From the NCBI GenBank assembly GCA_963707025.1, contig CAVPOM010000014.1, positions 96,001 through 160,000 on the forward strand: 64,000 bases of DNA, written 5' to 3'. The position numbers and the translations under genes were made by a program. The stretch comes from an uncultured Verrucomicrobiae bacterium (GTDB lineage: Bacteria; Verrucomicrobiota; Verrucomicrobiia; Limisphaerales; Palsa-1400). The number at the start of each line of letters is the position of its first letter. The first letter of the stretch is position 1. Below the pieces are notes generated by a model. The model was not told the origin of the DNA. It was given only the letters and a program-made list of their open reading frames with translations, and searched no databases. Shown here in pieces: positions 7,729 to 17,782 of the stretch.

Positions 7729-10092
7729 TCAGGAGCCGGCGTCGCGGCAGTAGAGGACGCGCGCGCCCACGCGCCGGGCCAGCCGCTCGCGCAATTTCGC
7801 CGTCGCCCGCCGCGTGGCCGGAAGCTCGGAATCGGCGATAATGATCAGCTTGGGCTGGAGCAAATCCAGCAGCGGCTCGTCCCGCACCGGCAGCCCCGCC
7901 AGCACGATCTCCGCGCGCAACTCCGGGTGGCGGCTCATCAGCAGGTTTTGTCCGTCCCGGCCCAGGGCGGAAAGGAGGACAACGGAGTGGCCGTGGATGT
8001 TTCGTTGCAGCACCAGGGAAACTTCGTCCGCCGCCGCAAATTTATCCTCCGCGCCGGGGTAAAGAACCGACCAGCCGTCCAATCCATCGCCCTCCCGCAC
8101 GGTCCGCCAGAGGCCGGGAGTCTGCGCCACTTCCGCCTCGACGCGCCGGTAAGCCGGGGAACGGACGCGGGCCGGGCCGGCGAAAACGGCGGCGGGCGCG
8201 AAATTAGTCAAGACGATTTCCGCGCCGCCGACGCTTTGCTGGTAGCCGGCGGTCAGGCAGAAGTCGTCCAGCCGGTTGACCCCCTGGGCGTGCAGGAAGG
8301 GCTGGACGATCCCTTCCGCCGACTCGGCGTCGCCGCAGTCGGCCAGCAAGTCCCGGTTGGTGCCGGCGCCGGCGGCGAAAAACGCCGGCGCCCCGCGCAG
8401 GGCCAGCACGTCCAGCCGCGCCGCGCCGCGTTGCACTTCGCGGTCCACGACCCAGAGGACGCTGAGGAGAAGCAGGGCGGCCCAAAGCAGCCGCTTGTGT
8501 TTGGCGCGAAAAATCCAGCCGGTGAAAACGGCCAGCAGCACCGCGTAATACCAGACAAACGTCATGGGCCGCGGCGCGGCCACATGGCAATTGCCCGCCG
8601 GCCAGTGGGCGGACCATTGGCTGGCGGCCATGATGCACTTCATCCAAAACCAGCCGGCATGATTGAACAAGACCGCCAGCGCGGGAAACCAGCCGCCGGT
8701 CAGCAGGCTGGCCATGCAGCTCATCAGAGCCAGGCCGGTCAGCGGCACGACCACCATGTTGACCGGCACTCCCACCGGGGTGAAAAGATGAAAATAACAG
8801 GCCGTCAACGGGAGGGAGCCGAGAAAGGCCGCCAGGGACATGACGAACAGGTCAATCCCGCGCCGCCGCAAGGCCTCCCGCCACAATTGCCAACCCGGCC
8901 GCACCTCGTCGGGGACAAATTTGTCCGGTGGAAAAAACCGGGCATAGAGAAACCGCCGCATGGGCAGCGCCAGCACGCCAATGCACAACACTACCAAAAA
9001 GGAAAGTTGAAACCCCGCTTGAAAAAGTTGCTGCGGGTCCCACACCAGGATGATCAAGGCGGCGGCGAAGAGCGAATTGAGCAAATCGCCGGGCCGCTGC
9101 ACCGCCCATCCCCCGATGACGATGCTCATCATGATGGCCGCCCGCACGGCCGAGGCGGGCCATCCCGTCAGCCCCGCATAAAACCAGATCACCGGCAGGA
9201 CCAGCAGCCCGCACAGGGCGCGCGGCAATTGCAGGGCGCGCAACAAGCCGATGCCGATGGCCGCCAGCAAGCCGATGCGCAGTCCATCCACGGTGAAAAT
9301 GTGGAACGTGCCGGCGCGCAGGAACGGGTCTTCCACGCTTTGCGTCAGCGGCGCCCTCCAATCCAGGGCCAGGGTCCACATCAGGCGCAGCGCCTGGTCT
9401 TCCTCCGGCAAACCCAGCGCCAGCGTCCGGCGCGCCCAGCCGCTGAAACGGTCCGAGAGCGGCGCCTCCTCCGCCGGCCCCAAGGCCAGCCAGGCGTTGG
9501 TGGAGCCGGCCTGCAACTGGAAGTAAACCTCCTGGCGCTGATAATAGCGGCGCGGATCAAACAACCCATCCGCCAGCGCACCGCGCAGGGGACGAATGAT
9601 GCCGCTGACTTCCACGCTGCGGCCGTTGAAAAAATTGGAGGCCAAAATTCCCGAAGTGCCCGCGATGACTTTTCCCCAGGCCGGCTGCCAGCGGCTGCCG
9701 CGCCAAATTTCCGCCGCCCGCAGCAGCGTGCCGGTGTGCCAGAATTCCCTGGCGCCGCGCTCGAAAATCCGCGGAGCGGGCGCAGCGCAGATTGTGCCGC
9801 GCAACCTGACTTCTTCCGGGGCCTCTCCGAGCAGGAGCCGCAAATCCCGGGGCGAAACCACCGCCGTGTGCCGTTCCAGGTTGGCCCAACCCGCCAGCAG
9901 CAGGAGCGCGCCCAAAAGGCAAACCCGCCCGGACTTCCATGCCAGCGCCGCCAATCCGGCCCCCAGTCCCGCCGCGAACAACGCCGCCAGCGGCGGATGG
10001 GCCCATGCCCCGAGCGCCAGGCCGCCGGCATAGCACAGCGCCACAGGCAGGAGCGGGCGTTTCACGGGAATTATTTTTTGCGCCGCAGCCAT
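7729..10092 (-). CDS. comEC: ComEC/Rec2-family membrane protein, atypical
   Basis: OB region with FDPRRYY, competence domain (GTFHIFTVDGLRIG, SAVRAAIM, GFQLSF), degenerate C-terminal metallo-beta-lactamase fold. Confidence 0.85.
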   Translation of the reverse strand: MAAAQKIIPVKRPLLPVALCYAGGLALGAWAHPPLAALFAAGLGAGLAALAWKSGRVCLLGALLLLAGWANLERHTAVVSPRDLRLLLGEAPEEVRLRGTICAAPAPRIFERGAREFWHTGTLLRAAEIWRGSRWQPAWGKVIAGTSGILASNFFNGRSVEVSGIIRPLRGALADGLFDPRRYYQRQEVYFQLQAGSTNAWLALGPAEEAPLSDRFSGWARRTLALGLPEEDQALRLMWTLALDWRAPLTQSVEDPFLRAGTFHIFTVDGLRIGLLAAIGIGLLRALQLPRALCGLLVLPVIWFYAGLTGWPASAVRAAIMMSIVIGGWAVQRPGDLLNSLFAAALIILVWDPQQLFQAGFQLSFLVVLCIGVLALPMRRFLYARFFPPDKFVPDEVRPGWQLWREALRRRGIDLFVMSLAAFLGSLPLTACYFHLFTPVGVPVNMVVVPLTGLALMSCMASLLTGGWFPALAVLFNHAGWFWMKCIMAASQWSAHWPAGNCHVAAPRPMTFVWYYAVLLAVFTGWIFRAKHKRLLWAALLLLSVLWVVDREVQRGAARLDVLALRGAPAFFAAGAGTNRDLLADCGDAESAEGIVQPFLHAQGVNRLDDFCLTAGYQQSVGGAEIVLTNFAPAAVFAGPARVRSPAYRRVEAEVAQTPGLWRTVREGDGLDGWSVLYPGAEDKFAAADEVSLVLQRNIHGHSVVLLSALGRDGQNLLMSRHPELRAEIVLAGLPVRDEPLLDLLQPKLIIIADSELPATRRATAKLRERLARRVGARVLYCRDAGS

Positions 10093-10517
10093 CGCGCCGC
10101 CCAAAGCGCCGCCAGGCCAAAACCCGCTCCGCAGGTGTCCAGCAGCACATCGCGCACCGCGGCCTCCCGCCCGGGCACAAAACTTTGGTGGAATTCATCC
10201 GACGCGGCGTACAAAGCCGCCAGCAGCAGCGCGGTCAAGTATTCCCTGGGCCGGCAGGCCGCCCAAGCGGGGTCGGAATGGATCAGCCGCCAAAGCAGCA
10301 GACCCAAAATGCTGTATTCCACAAAATGGGCCGTTTTCCGCACCACAAAATGAATTTTTTCGATCATCTCCTCCGACATGTGGGGGTTGAGCCAGAGCAG
10401 GAAAGGCCGGACAAAGCGCGAGGTGTTTTCCGGACGGCCCAGACTGGTGGAGGCGCCAAAAACCAGGGTCATCCAAAGAATTACCGGCAGCCAATACTTG
10501 AAAAAGCGTCCAGACAC
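10071..10517 (-). CDS. VanZ-family membrane protein
   Basis: RKTAHFVEYSILG, YAASDEFHQSFVPGR, DVLLD; GTG start at 10517. Confidence 0.9.
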   Translation of the reverse strand: MSGRFFKYWLPVILWMTLVFGASTSLGRPENTSRFVRPFLLWLNPHMSEEMIEKIHFVVRKTAHFVEYSILGLLLWRLIHSDPAWAACRPREYLTALLLAALYAASDEFHQSFVPGREAAVRDVLLDTCGAGFGLAALWAARWLRRKK

Positions 10518-10682
10518 GGCTGCAAAGAACAGCCGCGTCCCAGCCAAAGCAAGCCCGAAAAAACCGCCCCGGATTGCCGCATAAAAGCTCGCGCAAAAAC
10601 CATTCCCGATCGTAATCCAGGAATATGGCGGAAAAATGCCACAAAAAAGCGGCGGGATTTCCGGGACAATTTCCCATTCCGG

Positions 10683-10863
10683 GGGGCTTCTTGACACTGC
10701 TACCGGAGTCAGGCGCAAGAAGGCTACAGGAGTGCGCCCGTCCTCGGGCGCAGCAGCGTGGGAAACACGGCGCGCCGGTAATCTTCCTGCGCACCCAAAA
10801 AATCCCCGGCTTGCTGCGGCCGGGGACGGCCGCACTCCGCCAGCAACAGTGTCAAGATGCGCC
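10683..10863. mobile_element. Putative MITE-like element with internal REP doublet
   Basis: Outer inverted repeats with perfect core TCTTGACACTG (10689-10699) / CAGTGTCAAGA (10847-10857); inner inverted 27-bp arms at 10729-10755 and 10812-10838. Confidence 0.6.
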
Positions 10864-10932
10864 ACGATGCCGGGACATTGCAAAATCAAGTTTGCAAAAG
10901 GCCCTGGCGTCTGGCATCAGTAACATTCCTTT

Positions 10933-12576
10933 ATGCGATTTCTCAAAAATTTGGGGCTGGGATTCGCCATCGTTTTGGCGGGGTGTTCCGACACACCGGG
11001 CAAGGCGGCCGCGGATGACAGCCCCGCCGCCACCTGGCACTTCGCCGGCAGCGCCGACCTGGCAAACAACACTAATTTTGACAACGTAAAAAAAATCCTG
11101 ACTCTCGCGCCGAGCCTTGAATTTCGGAACCTGGCCTTGAGCCGGTTTTCCAGTTGGCTGGGCCGATCCCTCTTCCGGACGACTAATGAGGAGTCCGCCG
11201 CCGCGTTGCGCCCGTTGCTGGAGGATCTTCTTTCCGCTGAATCCGTGTGGGCCGTGGGCGGGGCGTCCAATGGGCCGCTCAATTTCATCGTGGCGTTGCG
11301 TTTGGACGATCAGCGCGCGCAGGCCTGGCCGGCCGCGCTGGCCAAGATGATGGGCGGGCCGGGCCAAAATATCCAGGCGCAGGACTTCACCGTCCGGCAA
11401 TGGAAACTGGGCGGGGGCCAGCCGCTCTGGATGGTGCGCGCCAAAGATTGGCTGCTGGCCGGCAGCGGGGACGGTCTCCGTGCCCTGCAAACGCAATACC
11501 TTCAACAAGTGAGGCAAAAGGGCCGGCCCGGCCCCGCGCTCAACCAAAGCTGGTTGGAAGCGGACTTGGATTGGCCGCGATTGAGTCACTGGTTGCCAGA
11601 TTTTCCCCGTCTTTTCCGACTGGCCCGGACCAAAATCACCTTCACCGCACCGGATGCGTCGTTTTTCATGTCAGCCAAGGTGATCTATCCGAAACCGGTC
11701 GCGTGGAAATACGATCCCTGGCGCATTCCGACCCGGATAATCCGCGATCCATTGCTCAGTTTTACGGCGGGCCAGGACCTCGCCGCCTATATAGACCCTG
11801 GTGAACCTCTTTCCCAATTGACGGATAATCCGTTAACCGGACAGTTTTACGTTTGGGCGTTGAGCGAAATGGGCCTTCAGAGCTATGGCGCCTGGCCGGT
11901 GGCCGACGCGACCAACTCAATCCAGCGGATCGGGACAGAGGCGGTGGCGGCCTTCAATCCCACATTGAAGCAGCGGGGTTGGGGCGACCTGCGCTGGCAA
12001 CCGGAGCGCAAGGCGCTGCTGTGGGCCGATGTGTGCCCGATCCTGTTCCCCCTTTTACAAGTGGCGCCCGAAACCAACGGCCAGTATCTCCTGGCCGCGT
12101 TTTTTCCGCTCGAACTGAGAAACAAGCCCGCTCCAGAGGGGCTGTTCCAACAGATTCTCGGCCGCACCAACCTGGTCTATTACGATTGGGAAGGAACCGG
12201 AAACCGGCTGGAGCAGTGGCGATTGCTCAGCGGAATGCTGCCGGTTCTCCCCCGCATGCAGCCGCCTCCCCGACCGGCCGTTTCCACCAACAATCCGCCC
12301 GCCCGCCCGCGCGCCCGGCCACCCATGGTCGTGGTGGAGAATTGGCTCAGCGGGGTGACGCCCTTGCTGCGGGACCACAACACGGTCACTGAAATCACCC
12401 GCACGGGGCCGGCGGAATTGACGGTGGTGCGCAAATCGCCTTTTGCCGTCAGCTCCCTGGAATTGGTCCTGCTCTCCCACTGGCTCAGCGGCACCGGTTC
12501 GCCGGGGATCAATCCCAGTCTCCTGCCGCCCCCGGCCAAAATGACCGGACCTGGCATCAAACCCAACAGCCCCTGA
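10933..12576 (+). CDS. Hypothetical lipoprotein
   Basis: 547-aa ORF; lipobox VLAG-C after a hydrophobic leader; directly upstream of pdxJ. Confidence 0.8.
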   Translation: MRFLKNLGLGFAIVLAGCSDTPGKAAADDSPAATWHFAGSADLANNTNFDNVKKILTLAPSLEFRNLALSRFSSWLGRSLFRTTNEESAAALRPLLEDLLSAESVWAVGGASNGPLNFIVALRLDDQRAQAWPAALAKMMGGPGQNIQAQDFTVRQWKLGGGQPLWMVRAKDWLLAGSGDGLRALQTQYLQQVRQKGRPGPALNQSWLEADLDWPRLSHWLPDFPRLFRLARTKITFTAPDASFFMSAKVIYPKPVAWKYDPWRIPTRIIRDPLLSFTAGQDLAAYIDPGEPLSQLTDNPLTGQFYVWALSEMGLQSYGAWPVADATNSIQRIGTEAVAAFNPTLKQRGWGDLRWQPERKALLWADVCPILFPLLQVAPETNGQYLLAAFFPLELRNKPAPEGLFQQILGRTNLVYYDWEGTGNRLEQWRLLSGMLPVLPRMQPPPRPAVSTNNPPARPRARPPMVVVENWLSGVTPLLRDHNTVTEITRTGPAELTVVRKSPFAVSSLELVLLSHWLSGTGSPGINPSLLPPPAKMTGPGIKPNSP

Positions 12577-12585
12577 TTGATTGTC

Positions 12586-13341
12586 ATGCTCAAACTCGGG
12601 GTGAACATTGATCACGTCGCCACCTTGCGCGAGGCGCGCTATGGCGGGCGGGATCGCGGCGAGCCTGACCCCATTGAAGCCGCGCTGATTTGCGAAGCCG
12701 CCGGCGCGCACGGCATCACCGCCCACCTGCGCGAAGACCGCCGGCATATACAGGACCGGGACCTCATCAAACTTCGCCAAGTCGTCAAAACCCGGCTCAA
12801 CCTGGAAATGGCCAACACCCCGGAAATCGTGGCCATCGCCCTGCGGCTCAAGCCGGACATAGTTTGCCTGGTGCCCGAGCGCCGCGCCGAATTGACCACG
12901 GAAGGCGGGCTGGACGTGGCGGCGCATGGGCCGGCGCTGGCGGAAACCCGCCGCAAAATGAACGACGCCGGCATCGAAGTCAGCCTCTTCATCTCCCCGG
13001 TCCCGGCGCAAGTGGCCGCCGCCGCCCAAGTGGGCGCGCAATTCATCGAACTGAACACCGGTTCCTTCGCGGAAAATTTCCATCGCAAATACCAGCGCGC
13101 CCAGGAAGTCGAACACCTGGCGGCCGCGGCCGTGCAGGCCCATGCCCTGGGTTTGCGCGTCAATGCCGGCCACGGCTTGACCTACCAGAATCTGCCCGCC
13201 CTGCTGGCCGCGCCCCATTTGGTGGAATTAAACATCGGCCACAGCATCATCAGCCGGGCCTTGGTCGTCGGCTTGCCCACGGCCGTGCGCGAAATGCTCC
13301 TGGTCATGCAAGACACCACCCGCGGCAGCCTGCCACCTTAA
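12586..13341 (+). CDS. pdxJ: Pyridoxine 5'-phosphate synthase
   Basis: [59 protein letters not shown]. Confidence 0.97.
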   Translation: MLKLGVNIDHVATLREARYGGRDRGEPDPIEAALICEAAGAHGITAHLREDRRHIQDRDLIKLRQVVKTRLNLEMANTPEIVAIALRLKPDIVCLVPERRAELTTEGGLDVAAHGPALAETRRKMNDAGIEVSLFISPVPAQVAAAAQVGAQFIELNTGSFAENFHRKYQRAQEVEHLAAAAVQAHALGLRVNAGHGLTYQNLPALLAAPHLVELNIGHSIISRALVVGLPTAVREMLLVMQDTTRGSLPP

Positions 13342-13347
13342 CCCAGA

Positions 13348-13725
13348 GTGATTTTAGGAAGCGGCATAGACATCATTGAAGTGGAGCGCGTTGAAACCGC
13401 CCGGCAAAAGCACGGCGAACGTTTCCTCAGGCGCATTCTGCATCCCGCCGAAACAGACTATTGCCTGTCCCACAAGTTTCCCGGCCCTTTTCTCGCCGCC
13501 CGTTTTGCGGCCAAGGAGGCCATTTCCAAGGCCTTCGGCACCGGCATCGGCGCGCAACTCGGCTGGCAGGACATGGAAATTGCCCGCAAGGACTCCGGCG
13601 AACCCTACGTCATCCTCCACGGCAAAGGCTTGGAATTGCTCGCCCGGCGCGGCGCCCGCTGCGTCCACCTCACCCTCAGCCACACCGAGAAGCACGCCAC
13701 CGCCATGGCTATCCTGGAAGGATGA
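13348..13725 (+). CDS. acpS: Holo-ACP synthase
   Basis: GIDIIEVER, FLAARFAAKEAISKAFGTG, LTLSH; classic pdxJ-acpS pair. Confidence 0.95.
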   Translation: MILGSGIDIIEVERVETARQKHGERFLRRILHPAETDYCLSHKFPGPFLAARFAAKEAISKAFGTGIGAQLGWQDMEIARKDSGEPYVILHGKGLELLARRGARCVHLTLSHTEKHATAMAILEG

Positions 13726-13750
13726 ATGGCCAGTTGCTCCAACTCTCCAT

Positions 13751-14899
13751 ATGAAAACTCGAAAACGGCTCGCACTTTTTCTGCCCTTCCTCGGCTCATT
13801 TCTCCTCGGAGCGGGTGAGCCGCCGCCTTATCTGGTTTACGCCGGCACCTACACCAATGCCAACAGCAAGGGCATTTACGCCTGGCGCATGGACACGGCC
13901 TCTCGATCAGTCTCTCCCCTCGGCCTGGTCGCCGAGACGCCGAACCCAACGTTTCTCGAGATCGCTCCGAATCATCGTTTTCTTTATGCCGTGAATGAAG
14001 TGGACAGTTTCCAGGGCAAACCCGCCGGAGCGGTCAGCGCGTTTTCCGTTGAAGCCGCGACGGGAAAACTCACCTTCTTGAACCAGCAAACTTCTGGCGG
14101 ACGCGGCCCATGCCATCTGACGCTGGATCGTGAGGGCAAAAATGTTCTCGTGGCCAATTACGGCGGCGGAAGCATTGAATGTCTCCCTGTCCAATCCGAC
14201 GGCCGTCTTGGCCCACCGACCGCCTTCCTTCAACACAGCGGCAAGAGCATCAACCCGGCCCGCCAGGAGGGACCGCATGCGCACTGCATGACCTTGGATG
14301 CGGCCAACCACTTCGCCTTCGTTTGCGATCTCGGTCTGGACAAGATAATGAGCTACCGTTTCGATGCGAGCAAGGGGACCTTGGCCCCCAACCAACCGGG
14401 ATTCACCGCCACCAAACCCGGGGCCGGTCCGCGCCACTTGGTCTTTGATCCCAATGGCCGCGAGGCTTACGCCATCAACGAATTGAATTCCACCATCGTC
14501 CGTTACGCCTATGACTCCGCTACCGGCGCCCTGTCCGAAATGCAGACCGTTGCCTTGCTGCCCCAGGGATTCACCGGCGCCAGCACCGCGGCTGAAATCG
14601 CCGTCTATCATTCCGGGAAATTCCTCTACGGTTCCAACCGTGGTGATGACAGCATCGCCGTTTTCAGCGTGGACGCCGCGACCGGGAGCCTGGCCTTCCT
14701 TCAGCGCGTCTCCACCCAGGGAAAAAGTCCGCGAAATTTCGCGATAGACCCCTATGGAAATCTACTTTTCGCCGCCAACCAGAATTCCGGCAACATTGTC
14801 ATTTTCAACATAGACACCGCTACCGGCAAGCTGACCCCGTCCGGCCAAGTGCTGGAGGCCCCATCCCCGGTCTGCGTCAAATTCGTCGTTGTGCAATAA
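13751..14899 (+). CDS. Exported 7-bladed lactonase (6-phosphogluconolactonase-like)
   Basis: YAGTYT, NPTFL, VANYGGGS, RQEGPHAH, GAGPRH, SNRGDDSI, PRNF; signal peptide; ATG at 13751. Confidence 0.9.
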   Translation: MKTRKRLALFLPFLGSFLLGAGEPPPYLVYAGTYTNANSKGIYAWRMDTASRSVSPLGLVAETPNPTFLEIAPNHRFLYAVNEVDSFQGKPAGAVSAFSVEAATGKLTFLNQQTSGGRGPCHLTLDREGKNVLVANYGGGSIECLPVQSDGRLGPPTAFLQHSGKSINPARQEGPHAHCMTLDAANHFAFVCDLGLDKIMSYRFDASKGTLAPNQPGFTATKPGAGPRHLVFDPNGREAYAINELNSTIVRYAYDSATGALSEMQTVALLPQGFTGASTAAEIAVYHSGKFLYGSNRGDDSIAVFSVDAATGSLAFLQRVSTQGKSPRNFAIDPYGNLLFAANQNSGNIVIFNIDTATGKLTPSGQVLEAPSPVCVKFVVVQ

Positions 14900-14952
14900 A
14901 GAGGCTGACCCTGTGGCTGGGGCGGAAGCCCAAAAAAAGACTGGAAAAGGGC

Positions 14953-14981
14953 TTTACACCCGGCCCGGCCAAACTTAAACT
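14953..14981 (+). promoter_or_regulatory. Putative sigma70 promoter of rpsO-pnp
   Basis: TTTACA-17 nt-TAAACT, 35 nt upstream of the rpsO ATG. Confidence 0.6.
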
Positions 14982-15016
14982 TCCCGCTCAAAACGAAATA
15001 AATTGACCGAACGACT

Positions 15017-15271
15017 ATGGAAAAAGGCAAGACGATTGAAGGGTTCCAGATTCATGAGCGGGACACCGGGTCCGCGGACGTGCAGGTGGCCCTGCTCACC
15101 GAGCGGATCAACCATCTGACCGAGCATCTGCAGAAAAACATCAAGGATCACAGCTCCCGGCGCGGCCTGCTCAAAATGGTCGGCCAGCGCCGCCGTCTTC
15201 TGGATTACCTGCACACCACCGATCTCACCCGATACCAATCCATTACCAAGAAGCTGAAACTCCGCCACTGA
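15017..15271 (+). CDS. rpsO: 30S ribosomal protein S15
   Basis: [23 protein letters not shown]...[23 protein letters not shown]. Confidence 0.98.
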   Translation: MEKGKTIEGFQIHERDTGSADVQVALLTERINHLTEHLQKNIKDHSSRRGLLKMVGQRRRLLDYLHTTDLTRYQSITKKLKLRH

Positions 15272-15392
15272 GGTGCCTGGTTTCCCGCTTTCTTCCGGCC
15301 GGGTTATCGCCTTGGACCGAGATGAATCAATTTCATTGCGCCGGCAATCGCGGGCGGCGCAATGCAACATTTACAAACCGCGTCAACAATAT

Positions 15393-15476
15393 CCCGCTGA
15401 CTTGGGAAATTTCAATCAGCGCCCCGGCGGCCCGGCGCGGCCGGGGCCTTGATTGAAGTTCCTCTAAGTCGGCGGG
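15393..15476 (+). promoter_or_regulatory. Long stem-loop in the pnp leader
   Basis: CCCGCTGACTT-GGGAAATTTCAATCAG-C-GCCCCGGC pairs with GCCGGGGC-C-TTGATTGAAGTTCCTC-T-AAGTCGGCGGG (about 35 bp with G-U pairs). Confidence 0.75.
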
Positions 15477-15497
15477 TTGGCAGAAATCAGGACTATT

Positions 15498-17630
15498 ATG
15501 TCAGAAAAAGTATCCGCCCAACTCGGGGCCAATCAGATTCACATCGAAACCGGCAAGCTGGCCAAACAAGCCGACGGCGCCGTCACCGTCCAGCTTGGCG
15601 AAACCATCATCCTGGTCGCCGCCGTCGCGGCCATCAAGGCCAAACCCGGCCAGGAATTCTTCCCCCTCACGGTGGATTACCGGGAGAAGGCGGCCGCCTC
15701 CGGCAAATTTCCCGGCGGCTATTTCAAACGCGAAGGCCGCCCCACCGAAAAGGAAATCCTGACCAGCCGCCTGACTGACCGCCCCATCCGCCCTCTCTTT
15801 CCCAAAGGCTGGTTCAACGAAGTCCAGGTCCAGAGCATCCTCCTCAGCGCCGACGGCGAAAACGATTCCGACATCCTCACCATCATCGGCGCTTCCGCCG
15901 CGCTCAGCGTCAGCGATATTCCGTGGGACGGCCCGCTGGGCGCCTTGCGCATCGGTCGCCTCGCCGGCAAATTCGTGGCCAACCCCACCCACTCCCAAAT
16001 GCGCGAGAGCGACCTGGACCTGATCTACGTCGGCGACACCGCCAACGTCGTCATGTTTGAAGGCTCCGCCAAGGAAATTTCCGAGGCCGATTTCATGGCC
16101 GCCCTCAAATTCGGCCACGAATGCTGCCAGCCGCTCATCCAGGCCCAGAAAGATTTGGCCGCGCGCGGCGGCAAGAAAAAGCGCGACATCACCGTCAGCA
16201 TCGTGCCCGACGACATTCTGGCGGAAGCCAAAGCCCTGGCCGGGGAACGGATTGTGCCCGCGCTCCTCACCCAGAAAAAACTGGAACGCGAAGCCGCCGT
16301 CAAAGCCGTGACCGACGACGTTGAGGCCAAGTTCATCGCCAAATTCGGCGCGGAAAAAGTCACCGAATCCGTCCTGCGCGAAGCCTTTTACTACATCCAG
16401 AAAGAAACCGTCCGCGGCTTGATCATGCGCGAGAGCAAGCGCCTGGATGGCCGGGGCTTTGAGGAAGTCCGCCCCATTATTGTGGAGGTCGGCATTCTGC
16501 CGCGCGCGCACGGCTCGGCCGTTTTCACCCGCGGCGAAACGCAGGCCGTCACGCTCGTCACCCTCGGCACCAACGAAGACGCCCAGGAATTCGACTCTTA
16601 CACCGGCGGCGAAACCAGCAAGAAATTCATCCTCCACTACAACTTTCCCAACTACTCGGTGGGTGAAACCGGCCGGATCAGCGGGCCGGGCCGCCGCGAA
16701 ATCGGCCACGGCGCCCTGGCGGAACGCTCCATCGAACCCATGCTCCCCCTGGCCACCTATCCCTACGCCGTCCGCGTCACCAGCGAAATCATGGAATCCA
16801 ACGGGTCCAGTTCCATGGCCACCGTCTGTGGCGCCTCCCTCGCCCTGATGGATGCGGGCGTGCCCTTGACCCGGCCCGTCGCCGGCATCAGCATCGGCAT
16901 TTGCACCGAGCACGACGACCACCACAAGATCACCGCCTACAAACTCCTGACCGACATCATCGGCTGGGAAGACGGCTTTTGCGACATGGATTGCAAAATC
17001 GCCGGCACCGCCAACGGCATCACCGGCTTCCAACTTGATCTCAAACTGCGCGGCCTCCCGCACCATTTGATGGCCGAATCCCTGGAAAAAGCCCGCGTCG
17101 CCCGCCTCCACGTCCTGGCCGAAATGGCCAAGACCATCGCCGCTCCGCGCCCGGAGCTGAGCCAATACGCGCCGCGCATCATCCAGCTCCACATCAACCC
17201 GGAGAAAATCGGCGCTCTGATCGGCCCCGGCGGCAAGAACATCAAACGCCTGGTCGAAGAATCCGGCTGCGAAATCAACATTGACGACGACGGCACCGTC
17301 AACATCTACTCCATTTCCGCCGATGGCATGAACATCGCCCGCAAGGAAATCGAAGGCATGACCGCCGAAGCCGAGATCGGCAAAACCTACCGCGGCAGAG
17401 TCGTGACCATCAAGGAATTCGGCGCCTTCGTCGAATTCCTGCCCGGCAAGGACGGCCTGGTCCACATCAGTGAACTGGCCAACTTCCGTGTCAAGCAAAC
17501 CGAAGACATCGTCAAACTCGGCGATGAAATCTGGGTCAAGTGTCTGGGCGTGGACGAGAAAGGCCGGGTCCGTCTCTCCCGCAAAGCCGCCATGGAAGAC
17601 CGCGAAAAGGAAATATCCGCCAAAACTTGA
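15498..17630 (+). CDS. pnp: Polyribonucleotide nucleotidyltransferase (PNPase)
   Basis: [41 protein letters not shown] (IGPGGKNIK) and S1 (FGAFVE...GLVHISEL) domains. Confidence 0.98.
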   Translation: MSEKVSAQLGANQIHIETGKLAKQADGAVTVQLGETIILVAAVAAIKAKPGQEFFPLTVDYREKAAASGKFPGGYFKREGRPTEKEILTSRLTDRPIRPLFPKGWFNEVQVQSILLSADGENDSDILTIIGASAALSVSDIPWDGPLGALRIGRLAGKFVANPTHSQMRESDLDLIYVGDTANVVMFEGSAKEISEADFMAALKFGHECCQPLIQAQKDLAARGGKKKRDITVSIVPDDILAEAKALAGERIVPALLTQKKLEREAAVKAVTDDVEAKFIAKFGAEKVTESVLREAFYYIQKETVRGLIMRESKRLDGRGFEEVRPIIVEVGILPRAHGSAVFTRGETQAVTLVTLGTNEDAQEFDSYTGGETSKKFILHYNFPNYSVGETGRISGPGRREIGHGALAERSIEPMLPLATYPYAVRVTSEIMESNGSSSMATVCGASLALMDAGVPLTRPVAGISIGICTEHDDHHKITAYKLLTDIIGWEDGFCDMDCKIAGTANGITGFQLDLKLRGLPHHLMAESLEKARVARLHVLAEMAKTIAAPRPELSQYAPRIIQLHINPEKIGALIGPGGKNIKRLVEESGCEINIDDDGTVNIYSISADGMNIARKEIEGMTAEAEIGKTYRGRVVTIKEFGAFVEFLPGKDGLVHISELANFRVKQTEDIVKLGDEIWVKCLGVDEKGRVRLSRKAAMEDREKEISAKT

Positions 17631-17648
17631 GCGCGCGCCGCGCTGCCT

Positions 17649-17671
17649 GTAGCGGCGGTCCATGACCGCCG
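17649..17671 (+). repeat. Single GTAG-type REP hairpin after pnp
   Basis: GTAG followed by CGGCGGTC-CAT-GACCGCCG perfect palindrome. Confidence 0.65.
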
Positions 17672-17782
17672 GATAAAGCGAAACGCGCCGCGCGGGCCGG
17701 GGTCCTGGCCATCGGACCGATCCGACCGATCGGAGCGATGGGTCCTCTGCGTCCCATTCTTCCCATGCCATCCCCTGCCCTT

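Noticed and set aside
7321..10353. 1010-aa plus-strand ORF and other long antisense ORFs (e.g. 15501..17849, 35580..37943, 43712..45766, 56939..58789)
   Set aside because: Shadows of well-supported opposite-strand genes in high-GC DNA; no recognisable motifs
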